NCBI RefSeq assembly: GCF_000142905.1
Contig: NW_013657645.1
Location: 248,001-312,000, forward strand
Direction: 5' to 3'
Origin: Thecamonas trahens ATCC 50062
Lineage: Eukaryota; Protista; Apusomonadida
DNA length: 64,000 nucleotides
The notes beneath the pieces were generated by a model. The model made no database searches. It was not told the DNA's origin and saw nothing but the letters and a program-made list of their open reading frames with translations. The translations under genes and the position numbers were made by a program. Positions within the stretch are counted from its first letter, which is position 1, and the number at the start of each line of letters is the position of its first letter. Of the stretch, positions 36,924 to 47,583 are shown one piece after another.

Positions 36924-37925
36924 CTACTTGCTCGTGGCCCACGGCAGGTTGTCGACGTCGGCGTTGCCGCCGCACAGCACGACGCCGACGCGCTCGATGC
37001 CGTGCTCTGCAGCGTAGGCGCGGAACTCGTCCGAGAGCACAACCGCGACACCGACGCCGGCCGACGGCTCGATGACGACCTTCATCCGCTCCCACACCAT
37101 CCGCATGCCGGCAATGATTGCGTCCTCCGGCACGGTGAAGATGTGGTCGACAAGGTTGGAGACAATGGCCCAGGTGTTCGGGCCCAGCGTGGTCTTGAGC
37201 CCGTCGGCAACTGTTGTCACAGGCTCGGTCTCGTGGCCGAGCCGCTCGCCTGCCACCAGCGACCGCGCCGCGTCGTCGGCGGCCGCTGGCTCGGCGCCGA
37301 GCACCTTGATGTGCGGCTGCAGGCCCTTTGCGGCAACAGAGACGCCCGAGATGAGCCCACCGCCGCCGACAGGCACCACTAGCGCATCAAGCGTCGCGCC
37401 GGCAGCCGGCATGTCGTCCAGCAGCAGCTCCAGCGCCAGGGTGCCCTGGCCGGCAATGACCGCCACATCATCCGAAGGATGGACAAACAGAGCGCTGTGC
37501 TCTTCGACAAGCGCCGCAGCCGTCGCCGCCCTCGCCGCGCCTGTCGGCTCGCACTCGACCACGTTTGCTTGGTACGTCTCCTTCACCGCCATCATCTTGA
37601 TCTTGGGCGCGGTCGAGGGCATGGCAATGTACGCCGGAATGGAGAGAGCCTGCGCAGCGGCCGCCAGCGCTTGCGCATGGTTGCCCGACGAGTGTGTGAC
37701 GACCGCAGGCGGGCGAGGATCGGCAGAGGCAAGCGCATTCGTTGCGCCGCGGATTTTAAAAGAGCCCGTCTTCTGCATGGCCTCTGTCTTGAAAAAGAGC
37801 TCTACACCAGCAGCTGCCGACAGGGCCGACGAGGTCAGGACGGGCGTGTGGTGGACGTGCGGCCGGACACGGGCGAGGGCGGCTTTGACGTCGCCCAGGT
37901 TGACGGGGAGGGCATCTGTGCTCAT
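36924..37925 (-). CDS. Serine racemase / threo-3-hydroxyaspartate ammonia-lyase (PLP fold type II)
   Basis: HTPVLTS, QKTGSFKIRGA (PLP Lys), VVTHSSGNHAQA, PVGGGGLISG, TVADGL, ERMKVVIEPSA, LCGGN. ATG at 37925. Confidence 0.9.
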   Translation of the reverse strand: MSTDALPVNLGDVKAALARVRPHVHHTPVLTSSALSAAAGVELFFKTEAMQKTGSFKIRGATNALASADPRPPAVVTHSSGNHAQALAAAAQALSIPAYIAMPSTAPKIKMMAVKETYQANVVECEPTGAARAATAAALVEEHSALFVHPSDDVAVIAGQGTLALELLLDDMPAAGATLDALVVPVGGGGLISGVSVAAKGLQPHIKVLGAEPAAADDAARSLVAGERLGHETEPVTTVADGLKTTLGPNTWAIVSNLVDHIFTVPEDAIIAGMRMVWERMKVVIEPSAGVGVAVVLSDEFRAYAAEHGIERVGVVLCGGNADVDNLPWATSK

Positions 37926-38151
37926 TGTGTGTGGGTCGGGGGGGGGGGGGGGGAGGGAGGAGAGGGTGGGGGGGGGGGAGGAGGGGGGGGGAGGAGGAGG
38001 GGAGGGAGGGGGGGCNNNNNNNNNNNNNNNNNNNNNNNNNNNNNNNNNNNNNNNNNNNNNNNNNNNNNNNNNNNNNNNNNNNNNNNNNNNNNNNNNNNNN
38101 NNNNNNNNNNNNNNNGGGAAAATGTCAAGGAGAATGCCAGGTGCATGAGGC

Positions 38152-40230
38152 TTAAGCCGTCGAGTCAGGCGCAACAAACAGCGGGTTGGACTGCTTGTTG
38201 AGCGGATCGTCGTAGAGCGGCGAGCCAGTGAGGGTCGAGTCGGCGTTGGCGTCAGCATCGAGCTTGCGCTGGAGGTAAGCCTCAGACTTCTTGACGGCAA
38301 AGACGACGCCGATGACGGCAATGATGAGGACGAGGTACCAACGGCGGCCGAGAGGCCGATGATGGTGGTCAGATCCTTGTTCTTGGCCTGCTGCGGCGGG
38401 AGGAAGTAGTAGTTGCACTCCTTCTGCACAGCCTTCTGCGTCGAAGCGTCGAGCGTCTCGTTACAGATCTTGGCGTACGTCGACGACGGCGAGAACATAA
38501 GCTCACAGTCGTTCGGCTCACGGCAGTGGACACACTCGCCATCAAGGCAGTACGCGCCATCGCACTGCTCCGGGCAGGTCTGGAGCGGCTCGGGGAGGAT
38601 GGCGTTGGGCGACGGAGCGGCGCCGAGAACAACGGCGAACTGGCAGAGGCGGAGGCCGTGGTTGGAGACGCAAGTCGGCTGGAGGAGGCCATCGACCTCA
38701 CCCACAATCGCCGCGCAATGCGAGTCGCGGATGCACTGCTGGCACGTGTTCGTGCCGAGATCGCAGTGGTACGACCGCGAGCAGTCGGCAGAGGTCTGGC
38801 ACGTGCCCGGGCCGGTCATCGTCGAGCCGAACCACGAGACAGGGTGCGAACCACCACCGTTCGTGCCACCATCGGTGGCCGAGCCAGCAGCAATGTCGTA
38901 CGTGAACTGCGGCGTCTGCACAGGCTGGAAGACACGCTTGGGGTGGACGCCGTGCTCGCGCACGTAGTCCTCGTCCGGCAGATCAAGGAGGCCCTGGTTA
39001 GAGCACGGCGGCACACCGCCAAACTCGTCAGCAACACCCTCCTTGTTGCACACGTTGATGTCACCCGACCGCTCGTAGTACGACGTCACCGTCGTGAAGC
39101 AGATGAACGTCACCTCGCGCGAAGCGTTGAGGATCCAGTCCGCCGGGTTAAAGTCGTTGACCTTGCCGTAGAAGCCGGCAAGCATGTCGACCGCAGACGC
39201 GGCGTCGATGAGCAGCGTCCGGACGTAGTCCTTGACGTTGATCGACGGAGCAAGGTTGAACTTGTCGAGCGTCCGGAGCTTGACACCGTTCTCAATGTCC
39301 CACACGATGAACTCAACATGCTGGATGTCGGCATCGTGGAAGTCAAACGGCTTGACCACAGTCGCACCGGCGTTGTTCTGATCCGGCACAGACGCCGAGA
39401 TGGTGCCCTGCTGGTTCTTGACCGCAACGCCACACGCGCAGTCCTCGGGGTTATCGATCTTGAACATCTCCATGTCGACGTAGATCGCCGCAGGGAGCTT
39501 GGCGTAGCAACCCTCCTGAACAGACGGCGTCGCCTCTGCGGCCGGCACACGGCAGAGCACAATGCCACGCGTGGTGACAAACGTCCGCGGGTCAAACAGG
39601 TCGTCGGTGTCGACCACGTTGCCGTCGAGCGGCGGAGGCGGCGACGGCGGCGGAGGCGGCGACGGCGGAGGAGGAGACGGCGGCGGAGGCGGCGGCGGCG
39701 ATGGCGGAGGCGGCGGAGGAGGAGACGGCGGAGGCGGCGACGGAGGCGGCGACGGCGGAGGAGGCGACGGCGGCGGCGACGACGGCGGCGGCGGCGACGG
39801 CGGCGGAGGCGGCGAAGGCGGAGGGGGCGGCGACGGCGGAGGCGGCGACGGCGGCGGCGACGGAGGCGGCGACGGCGGCGGAGGCGGCGACGGCGGAGGA
39901 GGCGACGGCGGCGGAGGCGGCGACGGCGGAGGAGGCGACGGCGGAGGAGGCGACGGCGGAGGCGGCGACGGCGGCGNNNNNNNNNNNNNNNNNNNNNNNN
40001 NNNNNNNNNNNNNNNNNNNNNNNNNNNNNNNNNNNNNNNNNNNNNNNNNNNNNNNNNNNNNNNNNNNNNNNNNNNNGCGACGGCGGCGGCGGAGGGGGGC
40101 TGGCAGGGCGCGGAGTCGGAGGCGGGCGACGACGGCGGCGGCGGCGACGGCGCGAGCACGCGTCGGTGGGCGTGAAAGCCAATGCGGCAATGACCACAAC
40201 TACAAGCAGAAGCTTGAGCGAGATCCGCAT
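38152..40230 (-). CDS. Type I membrane protein: signal peptide, poly-Arg, SPPP(P) repeats, Cys-rich ectodomain, TM, double NPxY-like tail (gap 39977-40076; 1-nt frameshift at ~38334)
   Basis: MRISLKLLLVVVVIAALAFTPTDA signal, (SPPP)n, CQTSADC..C..CQQCIRDSHC repeats, then IIGLSAAVG[fs]TLVLIIAVIGVVFAV-KK...SPLY..NPLF...* at 38152. Confidence 0.8.
39630..40100 (-). repeat. Coding Ser-Pro3-5 repeat tract (contains an assembly gap)
   Basis: (GGC/GGA)n-GAC units on the + strand read as CCG/CCT..TCG on the coding strand. Confidence 0.9.
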
Positions 40231-40915
40231 GATGGCTGCTCTCGTAAAGGAAGGGGGGGGGAGAAGGAAGGGAGGGAGTGAGTATGATCTCGAGAAGGGC
40301 GGCGACGGAAGATGCCCGCGGGTAGCGGCAGCCTGAAAAAAAATAAGGGTCACGCGTGACGATCGCGACCAGCCAAAAACATGCCCCACGCGGCCAACCT
40401 CATGCCCCCATGCCACAACGTGTGTCAGAGGGCCAAAGCCATTGTGCTCCAAAGATGCGGCATCTGCGTTTGTGCTACAGCATGTGCTTAAAGAAGCGCT
40501 ATGGCCGCTTGTGCATGGAAAAGCGCCACATGACTGCCCCAAGCTGCCGGCTGTACGGATGAAAACGAGCGTTGGAATTGCCTCTCGGCGGCAGCCGCCC
40601 CACCTTGCAAAGGAAGGCACAGTTGGGCAGCAAAGCACGTCCGCCCGCCCATAGAGCAAGCTATCTGCTGCCGGATGGGTTGTCGTAGGTCAGAAAGGCC
40701 TTCTCCTGTTGCTGAAGGGCACTCAGGACGCTTCGGCACTCTGGGAGCCTTGCAAGAGTACGTACCAAAAAAAGGGAGAAAAGCGAATACCCACAGTAGG
40801 GTTGTCAGAATTGGGGGGAGAAAGCGGAAGAAGAACAGAGTGCTTTCGTTTCGTCAGCCACAAAGGGGGGTGTAACAAAGTCAAGAACAGGCAGCGATGG
40901 GCAAAGCTTCCAAAG

Positions 40916-43900
40916 TTACGAGAGCAGGAAACCAGACTGGCCCTCGGTCATGGCCTGGCGGAGCTTGGCCTGCAGCACCTCGGCCGACGAGTACTCGGGG
41001 AGCTTAAGGTAGTTGAGGCACGTCATGGTCGACGGCATGTAGGCGTCGGGCTGAGCTGCCGTCTTGCGCACAATCTTAAACGGCGGGTCGAGGGCGGCCC
41101 AACCCCCGTACGGCAACCGCGGCGAGCCGGTCATGAACTTGAGGAACTGCCGTCGCTCGTTGTCGTCAAACGAGGCGAGGACGTCGAAGAGGTCGTTGAC
41201 AATCCGTGAGTGCGCCTCGTATCCGTGCTCGATTACGGTGTGCGCGGCAATGTCAGCGGCTGTCCACGGCTCGTCGGTGCCCATGAGGATGATCTCGAGC
41301 TCGCGGGCGTCAAAGCCGGCGAGAGCAGCAAGGTCAAAAACGTCGTTGACCCCGGCCAGGAACGCGTCGAGCTGCGGCCGGACGCCGCTGCCAATGGTGG
41401 CATCGACTACCGCGTCGACATACTGGCCCACGTTGGCGGTCGTCACCTCCATCTCGCACCCGCCGTCGACGAGCGCAAAGCCCGGCGCGCCAGGCAGCTC
41501 AAAGACGAGGAACAGGTCCTCAACCCGGGTGCCGTGGTCGTCGACCGTGACCTTGTCTGCCGGTGTGCCGTTGGCCACGGCTTCGGCCGCCCGCATCAGC
41601 GGCTCAAGCGACGCTGCAAAGACCGGGTCGAACAGCGCCACGTCCGCCGCCGCCAGCGGCGCGCCCAGCAGCACCTTGTACATCGCGGGTGCAAACGGCA
41701 GGTCAATCAGCCGCGAGTCCATCAGCGCCTTGCCCACCAGCCACCCCATAAACTTGAAGAGCTTGAGCAGCCGCTCGCCGGCCGCCGCCGCGGTGCTCCC
41801 CGGCCCGCTAGCCTCGGCCTTGCGCCAGTCAAACGGTTTGGCGAAGAGCCCGTGTGGCGCGACAACGTACTTGTTGTCCTTGCTCTCGCTTGTCCGCCAC
41901 ATCTCCAGGTCCGCTCGCTGGACTTCGGCACACACAAGGGTGTAAAACTCGAGCGAGGGCCCAAGTCCGGTCCCTGACTCGCCAAAGTACTCGATCTCCA
42001 GCACAGACTTGGACGCCGCATACAGCTCGAGCACCTTGAACGCCGATGACAGAATGGTCTCGCGCGAGATCCGCACCTTGGACCGCTGGATCCGCCCGAC
42101 CATGACCGAGTTGCTCCGGCCGGACGAGGCCGTCGCACCCGAGTTCTCCTGCAGCTGCAGCAGCGCGCGCGCCACGCCAAACGCAGTCGTGTGCAGAAAC
42201 TGCTTGCGCGTCGCAAACGGAAAGACAAACGGCGCGCCCGCCATGAGCTGCGTCACCCACGACGGGAACGCGCCCGAGGTCACCGTCAGCGGATCCTGCA
42301 TCTGCCGCTCGAGTTTGGCCGTCACAACCTGGTTAACAAACTCTCCGCTCGCCACGACACCACTGCCCGAGTCGAGCACCGCTGCCAGCTGGAGCTTGGC
42401 GTGAGTTAGCGCCTCGGGACTGTCGTACCCGCTTCCGTCGCGCTCGACCAGCTCGCGAATGTGAACCACCATCGTGTGGAGCAGCTTGAGCAGCGCTAGC
42501 GGCACAAACGCCGGCGAGGAGGACGAGAGCCCGCCCACAAGCTCCGCCAGAGGCGTCCCAATGTGCTCAAACGGCGAGAGCCACGTGCCGACACGACCAG
42601 CCTGCTTCTGTGTCCCGGCCGCACCCGCATACCGCGGCGTGCCGACCCGCCGCAGCACATTGGGCGTGCCGACCGACGCTGGCGCCACCTTGTCGTCTGC
42701 CGCCCGGAGCACCGCGCTCTGCTCCGCCACGTATGCCGCGTACTCGTCCCGAGTCTTGAGCCGGTACTCAAACGTGTACACCTCGTCCCACAGCGCACGG
42801 TGCATCTCGGCGGAGTCGTCATACGCATAGTTGTCCTCGCTCCCAGCCCGCTCGACCGCAAACGCCTGCACAGCTTGGAAGACCGTCGTCGACGGCGGGA
42901 GCTCCTTGCCGTTGAGCGAGAGCACAAGGACCGCGTTCTCGGCCGCATACTTTGCGCCTGGCTCCGCAGATGCAGTCGAGCCGAGTCCGCCGCCCCACTC
43001 CTCCACATTGTAGCCGGAGCTCGACTTTTTCTTGCCCTTGGTTGGCCGCGCGCGCGAACCGCCCTTGCGCCCCAAGCCTGGGCCACGCGCAAGCCGCTCG
43101 CCGCTCTCGGTCTCGTTCCGGCCCTCGCTGCCGTTCGTCGAGCTTGACGCCGCCATGGTCGATGCCGACCCCGACGCCGCCGCCGCCGTGCTCGGCGAGG
43201 TTGCCTGAGTGGCTAGCGCTGCATCCAGCAAGTCCATGACTGCCTGCGCCCCGTGCTCTCCGGCCTCATCATTGCCCCCACCGTCGCCAAAGCCGGCCAG
43301 CTCGTCGTCGTCCTCATCCTCGTCGTACTCGTAGTCGTCCGAAGCGCCCGAGGCGTCAACAACAGCGCCCGACGACGAGCCTGCCAGCGGCTCATCCTCC
43401 GAGCCGAGCATGTGCAGCTCAGCAGTGTTGGAGCTCGAGCGCGGAATGCCCGGCGCGGTGGTGCCCGGCGCCGGCGGCAGTTGCTTCGGCCCGCCCAGCG
43501 CCACGCGGGCCTTGGCCACGGCCTTGTTCGGCAGCTTGCCGATGACAAACTCCTCAATGGAGATGAGCGGTGCGAGCGGCTCGACAAGAAGCTCCGATGC
43601 CGTGTACGAGAGGCCTGCCTCGCGCGAAGACGATCCCGGGCTAACTGCCACTCGGAATGACTGCGTCAGAATCCGCAGGTCCTGGTTGCCGTCCGGGGGT
43701 GAGTGGAGCATGACTGGAAGCGTCTGGACCTTGGACAGCGCCTCCTGCACCTTGCGCACAAGCGGGACCAGCATCGGGTAGCCGTGTTGCGGTGTCGCCG
43801 GCGACGGCGCGTCGGCCGGCACCGATGCAGGCCGCGGCGCGTTGACCCACACGTGCGCAAAGACCGCAAGCCGGTCGAGCGCAATCTGCGGTGCAACCGC

Positions 43901-46618
43901 CGTGTCAGTCAAGTACTCCAGCAACTGCTCCATGACCTCGGACGAGATGATCTCAAAGGTTGTGACCATCGCAGTCCCTGTACCGTCGACGTCGACAAGC
44001 GCGTTGCGAAGTGCCACATGCGCACCCAGGTCGGCAGCGCCAACAGAGTCGCGTGGGAGCTTGTTGAGGCTCGCAGCTACCTCCCGCAGATGGCTCGTTC
44101 GCTCGTGCCCGCTGCCGGCGCCATGCAGCGTGCCAACGACGTCGAGAACGCTCGAGACGCTGGTGGCAATCCACTCGCGAAGTGTGGGAGTGTTCTCGCT
44201 CCTGCTTGTGGCCTGCTCAGTCCCACTCTTGCTGTCATTGTTCGAGCCAGACGACGAGGCCTGGCCAAATGCAGACTTGGATGTCGAGCACGTGCCCGCA
44301 GGCGTGCCGAGGCTGCCGAGGTCCGAGCTAGCGAGCCGCTTGAGCTCAAACACCACACCTTCCTGCACAAAGTACGAGCCAAAAACGTCCGGCAGCTTGG
44401 CAAGGAGCATGCAAGCCAGCGAGACGCCGACCGCCAGCGCGGTCAGGTCCCGCTCCGAGAGAAGCGCGGCCACAAACGACGAGATGGGCAAGTCTGCAAG
44501 CCGCTCGCGAAGAACATCGGCCGAGGCTAGGTGCACAAGCTTGCCCACCACACGAAATCCGCCGTTGCGGACCGACGGATTGACCGACGTCGCGCACACG
44601 CCAAGTAGCGGTGCAAGCAGCATCTCGACCATCGAGTCGAGGAGCAGCTCCGACTCGGCCAGCATCCGCAGACGCGCCGTCTCACCGGTCTCGGTGTCGA
44701 GCACCTCATTACCGGCGGACCGTGATTCGAGGCCCTTGCCGAGCACAAGCTGGTATCCGCCCGATGACCGGAGGCCGCCCGAGTACCGCGACGAGAACCG
44801 CGAGAGCGACGAGTACGACGACGACGACGACGACGACGTGTTCTTGGCTGGAAAGTCATACTCAAAGTACGGCAGCAGCTCCGAGGCCAGCGTCAGCGAC
44901 TGGAAGAGAACCGCCGCAGGCCGTCCGGCAGCGGTGCCCGACGCCGACGTAGTCGGCGCCATGGTACTAGGGGACGCAAGGGTACCGCCAGGCGTGCCGG
45001 CCGGAACCGGCGAGCCCGGTGCCGGCCCAGCTCCGGTTGCGTCGCCGGCCGCGGGCTCGGCAGCAATGAGGTGCCGCAGGACAGCGAGGACGCCAGACTG
45101 CATGAGGTTGGTGGCGAGCTGCGGCGAGGCACGCGCAAAGGTAGCCAGCGTCGACAGTACCATGACAAACGCGTTGTCCGGGAGCGAGACTGAGGCCTCG
45201 GGTCCGATGAGCATGAGCAAGTTGTTGAAGAGTCCGTAAGACGTGACCGTCGTCAGCGCCGCCTCGTCCGAGTAGAGCGACGATGCCAGGCGCGAGAAAC
45301 AGAGGATGGCCGACTCGAGGATTTTCGGGTCCGAGTAGTTGAGCAGGTTGGTCAGCGTCGGCAGCGTGTCTGACAACAGTGGCATCGTCGACGACGACAT
45401 CGACCGGCAGAGCGACGACGCGAGCTTGACAGCCACCCGCTGCGACGACATCGGCATAAAGTCCAGATGCGAGAGCACAGCCATCATGCCGCCTTCTTGG
45501 ATGATTGCCGCCGCGTGCTCGTGCGCAACCTTGTCCAGCGCCTGCATCGCCGCCTCGGCGAGATCGATGTACGCTAGATTCATCAAGTTCATAACCAGCG
45601 GCGGCACGCCGCCGTTGCCCACCACCACATTGGCAGAGTTGGGCTGGATGTCCATCATGTGTGTAAGCGACCGGATGGCAAATAGCATGATGTTCGGGTT
45701 GTGCGCCAGCGAGAGACAGTTGATCATCGGCGGCACAAACGCGTCAGGCGAGAATCCCGACATCGAATCTTCGTTCGCCATCGCCAGGTACTCGCACAGC
45801 TGCGAAAGCGCAAGCAATACGCGCGTCTCGTCATGCAGCGCAGAAATGCCCTCCAGCATCTCCGTCAAGGGTCCCGACATCGGTCGGCGTCGGTGAAGTA
45901 GACCTCCGAACGCGCGGGAAAAGAGCTGCCCGGCTCGCGGGACGCTAGATGCGGTGCTCGAGGTACTGCCGCAACTGAGCGGACTCGCGAGGTCTCGAAG
46001 CGGCTTGTGTCGCTTGAGCTCTTTGGCTTTGGATGCCTTGTTAGACGGACTGGAGCGAGAGCGCTTGCTCTTGCTCTTGCTCTTGCTTTTGCTCTTGCTC
46101 TTGCTCTTGCTCTTGCTGGCTTGCGGCGACTCGGTCGACGGCGACGCGGGGCTTGGCTTACCCTTGTCCCTGTATTTGGTCTTGTCCTTGCCCTTAGCCT
46201 TGGTCTTGCCCTTGGTCTTGGCCTTGGATTTGCGTGCTTTTGTCAAGTCTGGCGCAGGTCCGGGGTGTGACGGCTTGCTTGCAGTCAGGCCCCGTGTCCG
46301 TTTCGACGGTGGTGATGTCTCGGTAGGCGAGTGTGCTGACGATGAGTTGCGACGCTGGCGCTTCCGAGTCTTCGGTAGACACGAAGATGGAGTCGATGAG
46401 TTGGTCTTTGTTGACGATGGCGCAGTATCAGTCTTTCGCTGCTTGCGGGTCTTGCGCGGGGCGGGGAGAGAGCTGTAGACGGCGGCGAGCTCGGCTCGGT
46501 CTTGCGAGATCGAGTCTGTTTCCGCGACGAGTTTTTCTGCACAGGAGACAAGCGTCGGGACGACTACGCCATAGCAGCCAAACCAAGCCATCCCCCATTT
46601 ACAGAGCATGCCTCTCAT
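40916..46618 (-). CDS. ARM-repeat HECT E3 ubiquitin ligase, TRIP12/UPL3/Ufd4 type (start uncertain)
   Basis: YIDLAEAAMQALDKV, KLERQMQDPL, PFVFPFATR, LEIEYFGESGTGLGPSLEFY, FLKFMTGSPRLP, PSTMTCLNYLKLPEYSS (catalytic Cys), terminal GFLLS. Confidence 0.95.
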   Translation of the reverse strand: MRGMLCKWGMAWFGCYGVVVPTLVSCAEKLVAETDSISQDRAELAAVYSSLPAPRKTRKQRKTDTAPSSTKTNSSTPSSCLPKTRKRQRRNSSSAHSPTETSPPSKRTRGLTASKPSHPGPAPDLTKARKSKAKTKGKTKAKGKDKTKYRDKGKPSPASPSTESPQASKSKSKSKSKSKSKSKSKRSRSSPSNKASKAKELKRHKPLRDLASPLSCGSTSSTASSVPRAGQLFSRAFGGLLHRRRPMSGPLTEMLEGISALHDETRVLLALSQLCEYLAMANEDSMSGFSPDAFVPPMINCLSLAHNPNIMLFAIRSLTHMMDIQPNSANVVVGNGGVPPLVMNLMNLAYIDLAEAAMQALDKVAHEHAAAIIQEGGMMAVLSHLDFMPMSSQRVAVKLASSLCRSMSSSTMPLLSDTLPTLTNLLNYSDPKILESAILCFSRLASSLYSDEAALTTVTSYGLFNNLLMLIGPEASVSLPDNAFVMVLSTLATFARASPQLATNLMQSGVLAVLRHLIAAEPAAGDATGAGPAPGSPVPAGTPGGTLASPSTMAPTTSASGTAAGRPAAVLFQSLTLASELLPYFEYDFPAKNTSSSSSSSYSSLSRFSSRYSGGLRSSGGYQLVLGKGLESRSAGNEVLDTETGETARLRMLAESELLLDSMVEMLLAPLLGVCATSVNPSVRNGGFRVVGKLVHLASADVLRERLADLPISSFVAALLSERDLTALAVGVSLACMLLAKLPDVFGSYFVQEGVVFELKRLASSDLGSLGTPAGTCSTSKSAFGQASSSGSNNDSKSGTEQATSRSENTPTLREWIATSVSSVLDVVGTLHGAGSGHERTSHLREVAASLNKLPRDSVGAADLGAHVALRNALVDVDGTGTAMVTTFEIISSEVMEQLLEYLTDTAVAPQIALDRLAVFAHVWVNAPRPASVPADAPSPATPQHGYPMLVPLVRKVQEALSKVQTLPVMLHSPPDGNQDLRILTQSFRVAVSPGSSSREAGLSYTASELLVEPLAPLISIEEFVIGKLPNKAVAKARVALGGPKQLPPAPGTTAPGIPRSSSNTAELHMLGSEDEPLAGSSSGAVVDASGASDDYEYDEDEDDDELAGFGDGGGNDEAGEHGAQAVMDLLDAALATQATSPSTAAAASGSASTMAASSSTNGSEGRNETESGERLARGPGLGRKGGSRARPTKGKKKSSSGYNVEEWGGGLGSTASAEPGAKYAAENAVLVLSLNGKELPPSTTVFQAVQAFAVERAGSEDNYAYDDSAEMHRALWDEVYTFEYRLKTRDEYAAYVAEQSAVLRAADDKVAPASVGTPNVLRRVGTPRYAGAAGTQKQAGRVGTWLSPFEHIGTPLAELVGGLSSSSPAFVPLALLKLLHTMVVHIRELVERDGSGYDSPEALTHAKLQLAAVLDSGSGVVASGEFVNQVVTAKLERQMQDPLTVTSGAFPSWVTQLMAGAPFVFPFATRKQFLHTTAFGVARALLQLQENSGATASSGRSNSVMVGRIQRSKVRISRETILSSAFKVLELYAASKSVLEIEYFGESGTGLGPSLEFYTLVCAEVQRADLEMWRTSESKDNKYVVAPHGLFAKPFDWRKAEASGPGSTAAAAGERLLKLFKFMGWLVGKALMDSRLIDLPFAPAMYKVLLGAPLAAADVALFDPVFAASLEPLMRAAEAVANGTPADKVTVDDHGTRVEDLFLVFELPGAPGFALVDGGCEMEVTTANVGQYVDAVVDATIGSGVRPQLDAFLAGVNDVFDLAALAGFDARELEIILMGTDEPWTAADIAAHTVIEHGYEAHSRIVNDLFDVLASFDDNERRQFLKFMTGSPRLPYGGWAALDPPFKIVRKTAAQPDAYMPSTMTCLNYLKLPEYSSAEVLQAKLRQAMTEGQSGFLLS

Positions 46619-47412
46619 TGTGTGAGTTGCCTGTCTCACCCGGCACACTGCAGCTACTGCGACCCACCGTGCCTGTCTGGCCTGGCCGGCCTGGCCTTGG
46701 CGCTTGACCACCACCACCACCAGAAGCCGCCTCAAGCTGGACGACAAGATGAAGATACAAATAGGGACTACATGCGGGAGTGTGGAAGAAGGAGGAGGGG
46801 TCGGGGAGGGGAGGTGTGGGGTGCGCGGTTGCGGCGAGACCAAAGGTCACGAATGATGCCATAGACAGCCAAGGGTGTCCCCTCTCCGGGGAGACCTACT
46901 GGGTCATGGAAGAAGATATGGAGAATGTCAACTGCAGCATACCATGCAGTGTCCATGGGTGGTGCTAGATGGCTGGGAGGAAGGCGGTACTGGGTGGTGG
47001 TAGCAGTGGCGGTGGGGCAGAGGGACTTTCGCGACATGGCTTTCCCTCGCGACCGTGTCACCCTCTCCTTCCGCCCCCCCCTCCTTCCAAGGATACGGAC
47101 ACGTCCTGCTGCCTAGCCACCCCCCTTCCCCCCTTGCCTTACTTCCCCCTCCCTCTCCCTCCTTTTCCTCACCCCCCCCCCCCCCACCACACACACACAC
47201 TTCCCCCTCTCCCTCGTCAAAGGCACTTGAATACGTACGCGGCGGACAATGGAAGCTTGAGGACGCTTGTCCATCGACGACGAATGTGGCTCTGTAAGCG
47301 CGTGTCACGTTCACGCCTCTGTTCATGATCAGTTTCCATGGTTTTGACTGCCTGAATTCCGACACGGGCGCGATCGGCACAAAGGCGGACTTGCGGCTTG
47401 CGACTTGCTGCA

Positions 47413-47447
47413 CACCACCACCACCACCACCACCACCACCACCACCA
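47413..47447 (+). repeat. (CCA)n microsatellite in the divergent HECT/Roco intergenic region
   Basis: About 11 CCA units. Confidence 0.9.
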
Positions 47448-47583
47448 TCTACGCGAGGACGACTGGCTCCCCACATCTCCCAACATTCACATACGTGTAC
47501 ATATACACCACTGAGAGTGGAAGAGAGGGTGGTAGGGAGCAAGGTCCGCAAAGTGACCACAGTCGGAAGCCAGTATCGCCGCC

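Noticed and set aside
36924-40199. 1091-aa ORF appearing to fuse a Pro/Cys-rich ectodomain to serine racemase
   Set aside because: Artefact of reading through a 1-nt frameshift and an N-gap. The receptor ends at TAA 38152-38154 and the racemase has its own ATG at 37925.
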